Source: Candidatus Latescibacterota bacterium (lineage in GTDB: Bacteria > Latescibacterota > UBA2968 > UBA8231). From it: a DNA stretch of 64,000 nucleotides. The stretch covers positions 5,536,001 through 5,600,000 of the forward strand of contig CBDETY010000003.1 of assembly GCA_965243025.1 (NCBI GenBank), given 5' to 3'. Position numbers and translations under genes: made by a program. Under the pieces are notes generated by a model. It searched no databases. It was not told where the DNA came from and saw only the letters and a program-made list of their open reading frames with translations. Of this stretch, positions 42,325 to 51,566 are shown in pieces (position 1 is the first letter of the stretch; the number at the start of each line of letters is the position of its first letter).

Positions 42325-44250
42325 CTACATGGTGGACAGGATCCTGCCGTTTTCGACGGTGAGCGCGTAGACGACCGCCCACCCGCCCCCGGTCAGCACC
42401 TCCCCGAGGATCAGCCCGAGGAAGAAGGGCTTGAGCGTCTGGAACAGCTTGCCGCCGCCGACGTGGAGGATGATGGCCTTGAGGATCCAGGCGATCAGCG
42501 CGGAGAACCAGATGGAGCTGGTCAGCCAGCCGAAGGCGATGGTGAAGCCGATCGGGTGCAGGGGCCACCAGTACCAGCGGTGCTGTCCCCACATCAGCAG
42601 GAACTCGAAGGCCCCCCCGATCCCCTTGAACAGCCAGCCGCGCATGTTGGCCCCGGGCATCTCTGTCGAGGTGGGGCCGATGTAGGGCCAGCCGTGGGCA
42701 CCGGCCCACTGCAGCAGGTACAGGTTGATGGCGCCGTTGCTGTAGGCGAGCTCGAGGGTGGTCCACAGCGACGCCAGCAGGCTGGCTACCAGGGCGATCA
42801 TCAGGCCCCAGAACAGCCGCTTTTTCGATCCCTTCACCGACTCGGCGAGCTTGAGGCCGTTGGAGGCGGCGACCATCGGCGAGGTGCGCGATTCCCCCTG
42901 CCAGATGAAGGTGTAGGTGAGGGCGACCAGGCCCTTGGTCCCGAGCAACGATGTACCGAACCCGGAGATGATGAAGTAGGCGGGAACGATCGGGCTGCGC
43001 GCCGTGGGAACCCCCGCGGTGGCGACGACGCGGGCAACCAGGGCGAAGAAGATGACGCTGACGACGAGCAGGATCGGGACGTACAGCCCCGGCACCCCGG
43101 AGCGCCACAGCCAGAAGCCGATGGCGGCGAAGCTGGCGACAAAGCCGACGACGGCGGTGCGGTAGCGCAGCACCTCCTCGCTGTCGTCGACCCCGTTGCG
43201 CGGGTTCCAGACGGTGCGCATCACGTCCCTGAGGTGGGCGCGGGCGCTCCACAGGCCGAAGAGGATGAAGACGATCACCGCCCCGGTCTGCTGGTGCGTG
43301 AGGTCGGCGGCGGGAGGGTACGACTCGTAGGCGCTCAGGCGCTCGGTGCTGGCGATGCCGAAGACGTTGAAGATCCCCTCCTGGATCTTGCAGAAGACGT
43401 AGAAGAACCAGACGCTGAAGGTGAGGTCGAGGCTGGCGAGGTAGAAGAAGCCGATGTAGGCGAACACGACCCTCATCGGCAGGTTGACGGTTCCCCGGAA
43501 CATCGGGAAGCTGGCGCCGAGGTCGGGGTCGGGCAGGAAGGGGAAGTGGAAGTTGAGCCCCTTCATGGTCAGGTAGATGAAGGGCAGGGAGAACCCCACC
43601 CACATGACCGGGTTGCGGAACAGGGGCGGGACCTTCGACACCGCCCCCTCCTCGCCGGCGAGCATTCCCTGCGGCAGCTGCATCATCGGGTAGGCGAGGC
43701 GCTCGTGGGTCGACCACTGGCGGTGCAGGATGCCGCTGAGACAGATGAGCATGAACCCCATGACCACCACCAGCCCGAGCCACCAGGCCATCGGCTCTAC
43801 CCACACCTCCCAGGGGATCGGGGTCCCTTTGGGCAGACCCTCGTAGTATCCCTTGATGGCCTCGGGGTCCTGGGGCACCATCCACTGCGGAATGTAGTCG
43901 AAGAAGAGCTCTTCGAAGCGGTTTTCGGGGGTAGCGTAGTAGAAGGGGTAGACGATGGTGCCGATCAGAAAGAACATCAGCCCCCAGGTCGGCACGGTCA
44001 CCGCCATCAGCAGCATGCAGTAGATGAGGACTAGGTCGGGTTTCGACAGGGCGAGCCGGCGGCCGAGGAAGGCGACGACGATGTTGGCGAAGATGACGCA
44101 GGCGAAGAAGAGCAGGGCCCCGGGCGAGGAGGGGTTGAACCCGATCCAGTGGTACTGGAAGACGGTGACGTACGGGGCGACGACCCCGATCGCCAGGCAC
44201 AGGAGCGTGCCGATGCCGAGTCCCTTCAGGCTGAAGGGGGATTTGCTCAC
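42325..44250 (-). CDS. DUF6785/DUF6784-type polytopic membrane protein (putative transporter), copy A
   Basis: YYATPENRF, IPWEVW, RQWSTHERLAYP, WWPLHPIG, KPFFLGLILG; many TM segments. Confidence 0.8.
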   Translation of the reverse strand: MSKSPFSLKGLGIGTLLCLAIGVVAPYVTVFQYHWIGFNPSSPGALLFFACVIFANIVVAFLGRRLALSKPDLVLIYCMLLMAVTVPTWGLMFFLIGTIVYPFYYATPENRFEELFFDYIPQWMVPQDPEAIKGYYEGLPKGTPIPWEVWVEPMAWWLGLVVVMGFMLICLSGILHRQWSTHERLAYPMMQLPQGMLAGEEGAVSKVPPLFRNPVMWVGFSLPFIYLTMKGLNFHFPFLPDPDLGASFPMFRGTVNLPMRVVFAYIGFFYLASLDLTFSVWFFYVFCKIQEGIFNVFGIASTERLSAYESYPPAADLTHQQTGAVIVFILFGLWSARAHLRDVMRTVWNPRNGVDDSEEVLRYRTAVVGFVASFAAIGFWLWRSGVPGLYVPILLVVSVIFFALVARVVATAGVPTARSPIVPAYFIISGFGTSLLGTKGLVALTYTFIWQGESRTSPMVAASNGLKLAESVKGSKKRLFWGLMIALVASLLASLWTTLELAYSNGAINLYLLQWAGAHGWPYIGPTSTEMPGANMRGWLFKGIGGAFEFLLMWGQHRWYWWPLHPIGFTIAFGWLTSSIWFSALIAWILKAIILHVGGGKLFQTLKPFFLGLILGEVLTGGGWAVVYALTVENGRILSTM

Positions 44251-44431
44251 GTCGCTGTTTTCACCGGTTGACTGCGGATTATGAGGCGGGCGGTTCGCGC
44301 TTACGATAGTGGACCGTTGCGCCCGATTGTGCAAAACCGGGGGCAGGGCGGCCGGGTGCCCTGGCAACTACCGGGCGCCGGGCTGCCCGGCCCGTCCGCG
44401 ATGGACGCCTGACTACCCTCGCATGCCCGGT

Positions 44432-46354
44432 CTACATGATGGACAGCACCCTGCCGTACTCGACCGTCAGGGAGTAGACGACCACCCACCCCCCGGCGGT
44501 CAGCACCTCTCCGAGGATCAGCCCGAGGAAGAAGGGCTTGAGCGTCTGGAACAGCTTGCCGCCGCCGACGTGGAGGATGACGGCCTTGAGGACCCAGGCG
44601 ATCAGCGCCGAGAACCAGACGGAGCTGGTCAGCCAGCCGAAGGCGACGGCGAAGCCGATCGGGTGCAGGGGCCACCAGTGCCAGCGGTGCTGTCCCCACA
44701 TCAGCAGGAACTCGAAGGCCCCCCCGATTCCCCTGAACAGCCAGCCGCGCATGTTGGCCTCCGGCATGGCGTTCGCGGTCCCGCCAATCTGGGGCCAGCA
44801 GTGGCCCCCGGCCAGTTGCAGAAGGGGGAGGTTGACGGCGCCGTTGCTGTAGGCGAGCTCGAGGGTGGTCCAGAGCGACGCCAGCAGGCTGGCGGCCAGG
44901 GCGATCATCAGGCCCCAGAACAGCCGCTTTTTCGATCCCTTCACCGACTCGGCGAGCTTGAGGCCGTTGGAGGCGGCGACCATCGGCGAGGTGCGCGACT
45001 CCCCCTGCCAGATGAAGGTGAAAGTCAGCGCCACCAGGCCCTTGGTTCCCAGCATCGAGGTGCCGAACCCGGAGATGACGAAGTAGGCGGGAACGATCGG
45101 GCTGCGCGTCGTCGGGACGCCCGCGGTGGCGACGACGCGGGCCACCAGGACGAAGAAGACGATGCTGACGACGAGCAGGACCGGGACGTACAGCCCCGGA
45201 ACCCCGGAGCGCCACAGCCAGAAGCCGATGGCGGCGAAGCTGGCGAGAAAGCCGAAGACGGCAGTGCGGTAGCGCAGCAGCTCCTCGCTGTCGTCGACCC
45301 CTTTGCGGGGGTTCCAGGCGCTGCGCATGACGTCCCGCAGGTGGGCGCGTGCGCTCCACAGGCCGAAGAGGATGAAGACGATCGCCGCCCCGGTCTGCTG
45401 ATGCACGAGGTCGGCGATGGGAGGCCACTCGTAGCCGCTGAGGCGCTCGGTGCTGGCGACGCCGAAGACGTTGAAGATCCCCTCCTGGACCTTGTAGAAG
45501 AGGAAGAAGAACCAGACGCTGAAGGTCAGGTCGAGGCTGGCGAGGTAGAAGAAGCCGATGTAGGCGAACACGACCCTTATCGGCAGGTACACGCTGCCCC
45601 GGAGCACCCAGGGGTCGGAGTCGAGGTCGGGGTCGGGAAGGAAGGGGAAGTGGAAGTTGAGCCCCTTCATGGTCAGGTAGACGAAGGGCAGGGAGAACCC
45701 CACCCACATGACCGGGTTGCGGAACAGGGGCGCGATTTTCGACCCGGCCCCCTCTTCGCCGTCGAGCATTCCCTGCGGCAGCTGCATCATCGGGTAGGCG
45801 AGGCGCTCGTGGGTCGACCACTGGCGATGGAGGATGCCGCTGAGGCAGATGAGCATGAACCCCATGACCACCACCAGCCCGAGCCACCAGGCCATCGGCT
45901 CTATCCACACCTCCCATGGGATCGGCGTCCCCCTGGGCAGGCCCTCGTAGTATCCCTTGATGGCCTCCGGGTCCCGGGGCACCATCCACTGCGGGATGTA
46001 GTCGAAGAACAGGTCTTCGAAGCGGTTTTCGGGGGTGGCGAAGTAGAAGGGGTATACGATGGTGCCGATCAGGAAGAACATCAGCCCCCAGGTCGGCACG
46101 GTCACCGCCATCAGCAGCATGCAGTAGATGAGGACGAGGTCGGGCTTGGACAGGGCGAGCCGGCGGCCGAGGAAGGCGACGGCGATGTTGGCGAAGATGA
46201 CGCAGGCGAAGAAGAACAGCGCCCCGGGAGAGGAGGGGTTGAAGCCGATCCGGTGGTAGGAGAAGACCGCCGCGTACGGGGCGACGACCCCGATCGCCAG
46301 GCACAGGAGCGTGCCGATGCCGAGTCCCTTCAGGCTGAAGGGGGATTTGCCCAC
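44432..46354 (-). CDS. DUF6785/DUF6784-type polytopic membrane protein, copy B
   Basis: Near-identical tandem paralog of 42325..44250. Confidence 0.8.
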   Translation of the reverse strand: MGKSPFSLKGLGIGTLLCLAIGVVAPYAAVFSYHRIGFNPSSPGALFFFACVIFANIAVAFLGRRLALSKPDLVLIYCMLLMAVTVPTWGLMFFLIGTIVYPFYFATPENRFEDLFFDYIPQWMVPRDPEAIKGYYEGLPRGTPIPWEVWIEPMAWWLGLVVVMGFMLICLSGILHRQWSTHERLAYPMMQLPQGMLDGEEGAGSKIAPLFRNPVMWVGFSLPFVYLTMKGLNFHFPFLPDPDLDSDPWVLRGSVYLPIRVVFAYIGFFYLASLDLTFSVWFFFLFYKVQEGIFNVFGVASTERLSGYEWPPIADLVHQQTGAAIVFILFGLWSARAHLRDVMRSAWNPRKGVDDSEELLRYRTAVFGFLASFAAIGFWLWRSGVPGLYVPVLLVVSIVFFVLVARVVATAGVPTTRSPIVPAYFVISGFGTSMLGTKGLVALTFTFIWQGESRTSPMVAASNGLKLAESVKGSKKRLFWGLMIALAASLLASLWTTLELAYSNGAVNLPLLQLAGGHCWPQIGGTANAMPEANMRGWLFRGIGGAFEFLLMWGQHRWHWWPLHPIGFAVAFGWLTSSVWFSALIAWVLKAVILHVGGGKLFQTLKPFFLGLILGEVLTAGGWVVVYSLTVEYGRVLSIM

Positions 46355-46461
46355 GTCGTCGGTTTTACCTGTTGCCCGCGGGTGATGTGTCGGGCGGTTC
46401 CCACATGCGACAGGCGGCCCCTGCCCCTTGTCCGCTTCCGATCCCGGGACTGCCGCCGTCC

Positions 46462-47304
46462 CTATGGGTGAAGGGAAAGCTCCCGGGCTGCGGCGTACGT
46501 GATCCGCGCCAGCTCGGCCGGCGACTCTCCCCGCCGGGGGTTGGCCACCTCGAAAGTCCAGAAACCGCGGTAGCCGGCCTCGAGCAGGGCCTGCCGGATC
46601 CCCCTCCAGTCGAGGTCCCCCTGCAGCGGGGCCCAGTGGTTGTCCTGCGGGTCCTCGCCGTCGACGTCCTGCAGATGGGTGCCCCAGAGGCGCTCGCCCG
46701 CGGTCCTGATTTCTGAGGCCGGGTCGTTCCCCGAGGTCCAGGCGTGGCCGGTGTCGACGACCAGCCCCACCGCCTCCTCCGGGTAGTCGTCGACGAGGCC
46801 GCGCAGCCCGGTCATGTTCAGGAACGGGTAGTGGGAGCGGTAGGGCAGGTTCTCCAGCAGAATCCGCACCCCGGACTCAAGCGCCACCGGCGCCAGGTCG
46901 TCGAGGGAGCGCCGCGCCGCTGCGGACATGATCCCGGTCAGCTCCGGGCGTTCCGGATCCTCGACGAACCTCGGGTTCGGCACCGGGTGGATGACCATGC
47001 CGCCGGCGCCGAGGGCGCCCGACATGCGCAGGTATTCCGCGAGCAGGGCGGCCTTCTCACGCCGCCAGCCCTCCTCCGGGGCGCCGAGCACGTTGCGCAT
47101 CATCGGCGCGTGCACGGTTCCGGCGCGCAGACCGGACTCCTCGATCCGCGACCGCAGCTGCCCGAGCTCGCGGCCGGTGAAGATCCGGTCGAGGTGCCCC
47201 TCCTGCGAGGAAAGCTCGATGTGGGAATACCCGGCGGCGGCGATCCCGTCGAGGGCCTCCTGGAGCTGGTCCTTGAATCCCGCTGTGGCGTAGCTGATCT
47301 GCAT
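46462..47304 (-). CDS. Sugar phosphate isomerase/epimerase (xylose isomerase-like TIM barrel)
   Basis: VIHP, LLENL, VDTGH, HLQD, TFEV metal-ligand motifs; RBS ggagga. Confidence 0.87.
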   Translation of the reverse strand: MQISYATAGFKDQLQEALDGIAAAGYSHIELSSQEGHLDRIFTGRELGQLRSRIEESGLRAGTVHAPMMRNVLGAPEEGWRREKAALLAEYLRMSGALGAGGMVIHPVPNPRFVEDPERPELTGIMSAAARRSLDDLAPVALESGVRILLENLPYRSHYPFLNMTGLRGLVDDYPEEAVGLVVDTGHAWTSGNDPASEIRTAGERLWGTHLQDVDGEDPQDNHWAPLQGDLDWRGIRQALLEAGYRGFWTFEVANPRRGESPAELARITYAAARELSLHP

Positions 47305-47338
47305 CGGTCCGGTCCTCCTGAGGGAAATCGGTTTTCGG

Positions 47339-48238
47339 TTACTTGATGAACAGGTGCTCGATCTCGGCGAGGGCGACATCCAGCTCCCGCAGGTCGGCGT
47401 CGTCGAGCGCCGCGGCTCCGGGCTGGCGCATCAGCGCGGACCGCAACAGGCCCCGGCGCACCAGCACTTCCTTTACGAACGGGAGCCCGAGGTTGAAGGT
47501 GAGGTGGATGAAGGGGGCGACCTGGTTGAAGACCGCCCGCGCCCCGGCCCTGTCACCGGCCTGGAAGGCGTTCCAGATCTTCACGTGGATGTCGACGATC
47601 TCCACCGAGGGCATGAAGCCGTGCGCGCCGCGCTCGAGCTCGGAGGGCATCCAGCGGCACCAGCCGCCCCCGATCACCCCCAGGCAGCCCGGAAGGTCGG
47701 CCTCTAGGAGGCCGCTGATGTTGTGGGCGCTCGGTTCCATCTCCTCCTTGATGTAGCGCACGTGCTCGACCTCGGTGAGCAGCCGCTTCAGGAAGGCGAG
47801 GTCGACCCCCGGCCCCTGCGGGGCGTGCTGAATGAACACCGGGAGCTGCGCCGCATCCGCTATGGCGCGGTAGTACTCGAAGATCTCCCGGGGGGTGGCG
47901 ACGGCGATGTAGGGCGGCATGGCGATCACCGCGGCCGCCCCGATGCGGCGGGCGAACCCGGCGTGCTCCGCCGCCACCTTCCAGGAGGGACCGGCGACGC
48001 CGGCGATGACGGGGATCTCCCCGGCCGCGGCGGAGACGACGGCTTCGAGCAGGCGCCGCCGCTCCCCGTCGGACAGGAACTGGAACTCGCTGCCCAGCAC
48101 CGGGTAGACGAGGCCGTGGGCGCCCGCCTCGATGCAGAAGGAGACCTGCCGTTCCATGCTCTCCATGTCGAGCTCGCCGCCGGCAGCCAGCGCCGTCTGC
48201 ACCACCGGCAGAATCCCCCGAATCCGCTCCTCGCTCAT
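47339..48238 (-). CDS. DHDPS/NAL-family class I aldolase
   Basis: GSEFQFLSDGER, PVIAGV, MPPY, YIKEE Schiff-base Lys. Confidence 0.88.
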   Translation of the reverse strand: MSEERIRGILPVVQTALAAGGELDMESMERQVSFCIEAGAHGLVYPVLGSEFQFLSDGERRRLLEAVVSAAAGEIPVIAGVAGPSWKVAAEHAGFARRIGAAAVIAMPPYIAVATPREIFEYYRAIADAAQLPVFIQHAPQGPGVDLAFLKRLLTEVEHVRYIKEEMEPSAHNISGLLEADLPGCLGVIGGGWCRWMPSELERGAHGFMPSVEIVDIHVKIWNAFQAGDRAGARAVFNQVAPFIHLTFNLGLPFVKEVLVRRGLLRSALMRQPGAAALDDADLRELDVALAEIEHLFIK

Positions 48239-48478
48239 TGTCGGTGCTCCCCCCGGCGCCGCTGCGCCAGCTTTTTTTCGTGAAAAATGCGCCTGTTCCC
48301 CGGCGCCGGATCCGGCGGCCGGTCCTGTCCGTCGCTGACCCCGGGGGGGTTCCACAACAAAGCACCCCCGCACCGCAACGACAAGCCGGGTCCTCCCCTT
48401 GCCGCCGGAGCCCCCGGGGCCGTTTATCCTTCGCTTCGTGTAACCGTCCACCGCTCCTGCAACTCAGAAGACTCCGAA

Positions 48479-49243
48479 ATGAAACCTGCGCGCCGAATTC
48501 TCGACCGCATCGCCGGCGGCCGGCTGACCACCGGGGTGCTCGTCACCGAGCAGCTGTTCCCGCAGATGGTCGACTACTTCAAGACCGTCGGCCTCGACTA
48601 CATGATCGTCGACCGCGAGCACGGCGCTTTCGACGACGGGCTCGTCGCCGACGTGTGCACCCTCGGGCGCATGACGGACTTCGCCGTGCTCCTGCGTCCC
48701 ATCGACTGCCAGTACTCGACCATCCGCCGCGCCATCGACCGCGGGCCGTGCGGTTTCCTGCTCCCCTCGGTGGAATCGGCCGCCGACCTCGACCGCGTGC
48801 GCGACGCCATCTACATGCCCCCCCGGGGCGGGCGCCGGCCGGGCGGCCTCGGCAACTACTGGGTGCGGGACTACTCGGCCGAAACCTGGAGGGCCGAGGT
48901 CGAGGACGACTTCATCGTGCTGCCCCAGATCGAGACCGTCGAGGGCCTGGAGAACGCCGATGAAATCGCCGCCCACGAGCTCACCACGGCGATCGCCATC
49001 GGGCCCTACGACCTGTCGCATGCCATCGGCGTCAACGCGCAGATGGACCACCCGGACTTCCTGCGGGCGGTGGCGCGCATCCGCGAGGCGGGGGAGAAGG
49101 CGGGCAGGACCATGTGGGAGATCGGCGACGCCAGCCTCGTCGCCCGCGGCTGCCGTTTCATCTGCCTCGGCGAGGCGATGGCCCATCTCAGGGGATCGCT
49201 GTCGCGGGGAATCGAGGAAGCGAGAAAGGAGGCCGGAGAATGA
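48479..49243 (+). CDS. HpcH/HpaI aldolase family protein
   Basis: VDREHG, PPRGGRRPG, QIETVEG, IGPYDLS. Confidence 0.9.
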   Translation: MKPARRILDRIAGGRLTTGVLVTEQLFPQMVDYFKTVGLDYMIVDREHGAFDDGLVADVCTLGRMTDFAVLLRPIDCQYSTIRRAIDRGPCGFLLPSVESAADLDRVRDAIYMPPRGGRRPGGLGNYWVRDYSAETWRAEVEDDFIVLPQIETVEGLENADEIAAHELTTAIAIGPYDLSHAIGVNAQMDHPDFLRAVARIREAGEKAGRTMWEIGDASLVARGCRFICLGEAMAHLRGSLSRGIEEARKEAGE

Positions 49244-50223
49244 GCAGGTTCGCCGACTACGAGAAGGAGTTCTTCGCCAGCCAGCTCGACTCCTTCCTGC
49301 CGGGCCGCGTCTTCGACGCGCACAGCCACCTGTGGCGCGGGGAGTTCGTCGAGTGGTCGGTCCCCGGCGGGCCGGCGGACGTCGGCTACCCCGAGTACCG
49401 GGAGCTGATGGAGGACCTCCACCCCGGCCGCCACACCGCCGGGCTGTTCCTGCCCTCGGTGGCCCCCGGCGAGGACGGCAGCTTCACCAGGCAGAACGAG
49501 TGGGTCGCCGCCGCCGTCGCCGCGGCCCCGGACTGCCGCGGCATGTTCTTCGTCAGGCCCGGGGACGACCCGGAGTGGGTGCGCGAGGAGGTCAGACGGC
49601 TGGGGCTGCACGGCCTCAAGTGCTACCACACGATGGCCCCGGTCACGCCGACCTGGGAGGCGGAGATCCCCGACTACCTGCCGGAGCCTTTGGTGAAGGT
49701 CGCCGGCGAGGAGGGCTGGGCGATCACCCTGCACATGGTGAAGTCGCGGGCCGCCGCCGACCCGGGCAACATCCACTGGATCCGGCACTACTGCGAGACC
49801 TACCCGGACATGCGCCTGATCCTCGCCCACTCGGCGCGCGGGTTCCAGCCGGGGCACAACCTCGAGGGCCTGCCGCAGCTGGCCGGCCTCGACAACCTCT
49901 ACTGCGACACCAGCGTCAACTGCGAGCCGGTCGCCCACCAGGCGATCATCCGCTTCCTCGGGCACGACAAGCTGATGTACGGGACCGACCTGCCGGTCTG
50001 CCACGGACGCGGCCGCTCGGTGGGGGTGGCCGACGCGTTCCTCTGGCTCGGAGAGGAGACGCCGGTCTGGGAGGAGAAGCACCAGACCATAGAGCCGCTG
50101 GCGATCGGCCTTGAGCACCTGCGCTCGATCAAGTGGGCCTGCTGGGGGGAGCGCCTCGGGGACGCCGAGGTCGAGGACATCTTCTGGAACAACGCGGCGC
50201 GGCTTTTCGGCATCGAGGACTGA
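49240..50223 (+). CDS. Amidohydrolase family protein
   Basis: FDAHSH, GLKCYH, LILAH, LMYGTDLP, NAARLF; ATGA coupling. Confidence 0.87.
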   Translation: MSRFADYEKEFFASQLDSFLPGRVFDAHSHLWRGEFVEWSVPGGPADVGYPEYRELMEDLHPGRHTAGLFLPSVAPGEDGSFTRQNEWVAAAVAAAPDCRGMFFVRPGDDPEWVREEVRRLGLHGLKCYHTMAPVTPTWEAEIPDYLPEPLVKVAGEEGWAITLHMVKSRAAADPGNIHWIRHYCETYPDMRLILAHSARGFQPGHNLEGLPQLAGLDNLYCDTSVNCEPVAHQAIIRFLGHDKLMYGTDLPVCHGRGRSVGVADAFLWLGEETPVWEEKHQTIEPLAIGLEHLRSIKWACWGERLGDAEVEDIFWNNAARLFGIED

Positions 50224-50365
50224 CCGGAAGCCGCTGTACGTGGCCGCAGCTGTTGCGAGGCCACAGGAGATGCCGGCAGATCTGAAGGGAGCAGCAAACC
50301 CCGCCGAGTGACGGGAAGCAGAAACCCCGGCGCAGGAGGAGAAACCCCGGAAAGAGAGGACCTCG

Positions 50366-51565
50366 ATGGCCCTGGAGAAATTCACCATCTCGCGTGACGA
50401 CGGCGTGTACGAGTGCTTCCCGCACCTGTGCCTGACCCGCAGCGGCCGCATCCTCCTGGCGTACCGGGAGAGCAACGGCCACGTCGCCAGCGACTTCTGC
50501 CGCCTCGTCCTGCGCCGCAGCGACGACGCCGGCCGCACCTGGTCGGAACGCTTCGTGCTCCGCGACGAGGTCTACGAGAACGGCGTCCTCACCAAGTGGA
50601 ACTGCCCGAAGATCCAGCAGCTGGCCGACGGCCGCGTCCTGCTTCTGTGCGACCGCATCGACTTCCCGCCCGGCGAGTGGAACGCCACCGCCGGCAACGC
50701 CCGCATCGTGTTCTGGTTCAGCGACGACGACGGGGCGTCCTGGTCCGACGGGTTCGCGACCAGCGTCAACGGCATCTGCCCCGACGTCGTCACCGAGCTC
50801 GCGGACGGCACCTGGCTGCTGCCGGCCAACACCTACGCCGACGGCATGGAGCGGGTCGTCCAGAACGTCTCGGCGAGCGCCGACCAGGGGCGGACCTGGG
50901 GGCCTCCGCTCGACATCTGCCCGGACCCGGACTACCGCCTCGCCGAAGCCAGCGTCGTCGCCTGCCCCGACGGGGAGCTCGTCGTCTACCTGAGGGAGGA
51001 GTCCGGGCGTGGCCGGCCGCTGCAGAAGATGATTTCCCGGGACCGCGGCCGCTCCTGGGAGGGCCCTTTCGACACCCTCAACCCGGCCGCGCACGGCATG
51101 CCGGTATCCGGGGTGACCCGGGACGGGCTGGTGCTGACCCTCGGCCGCTTCAACCTGCGCTCGGGATGGCGCGTCGACATGAGTGAGGAGACCGTGCGCC
51201 GGCGCCTGGAGAGGCGTTCCATCGTCGTCCCCAACGTGCCGGAGAACGCCCCATTCCGGAGCCGCCTGAAACCGGGGCCCGGCACCCAGATCGACGAGCA
51301 CGAAATCGTCATCGCCGGGGGCGGCACTCCTCCTCACACCTTCGCCTTCCTCGAGCCCCTGGCCAGCGCCCTCGAAGCCGATCTCGACAGGCAGGTCGGC
51401 CTGCTGCTGCACCTGGACCACGACCGCAACAACATAAGCTGCGACAGCGGCTATACCGGCTGGGTCGAGTACGAGCGCGGCTGTTTCCTCGCCGCCAACT
51501 ACATCAACGACGACGCCCCCATGGCCCAGATCAGGGGTTACCGCTTCTCGGTCGAGGATTTCTAG
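50366..51565 (+). CDS. BNR/Asp-box sialidase-family glycoside hydrolase
   Basis: Asp-boxes SDDAGRTW, SDDDGASW, SADQGRTW, SRDRGRSW; DSGY near C-terminus; no signal peptide. Confidence 0.82.
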   Translation: MALEKFTISRDDGVYECFPHLCLTRSGRILLAYRESNGHVASDFCRLVLRRSDDAGRTWSERFVLRDEVYENGVLTKWNCPKIQQLADGRVLLLCDRIDFPPGEWNATAGNARIVFWFSDDDGASWSDGFATSVNGICPDVVTELADGTWLLPANTYADGMERVVQNVSASADQGRTWGPPLDICPDPDYRLAEASVVACPDGELVVYLREESGRGRPLQKMISRDRGRSWEGPFDTLNPAAHGMPVSGVTRDGLVLTLGRFNLRSGWRVDMSEETVRRRLERRSIVVPNVPENAPFRSRLKPGPGTQIDEHEIVIAGGGTPPHTFAFLEPLASALEADLDRQVGLLLHLDHDRNNISCDSGYTGWVEYERGCFLAANYINDDAPMAQIRGYRFSVEDF

Positions 51566-51566
51566 G

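Noticed and set aside
41264-44200. Apparent 978-aa fusion ORF (likewise 54272..57217, 19464..22343, 14858..16579)
   Set aside because: The N-terminal parts are off-frame or antisense overlaps of neighbouring genes; true starts are internal.
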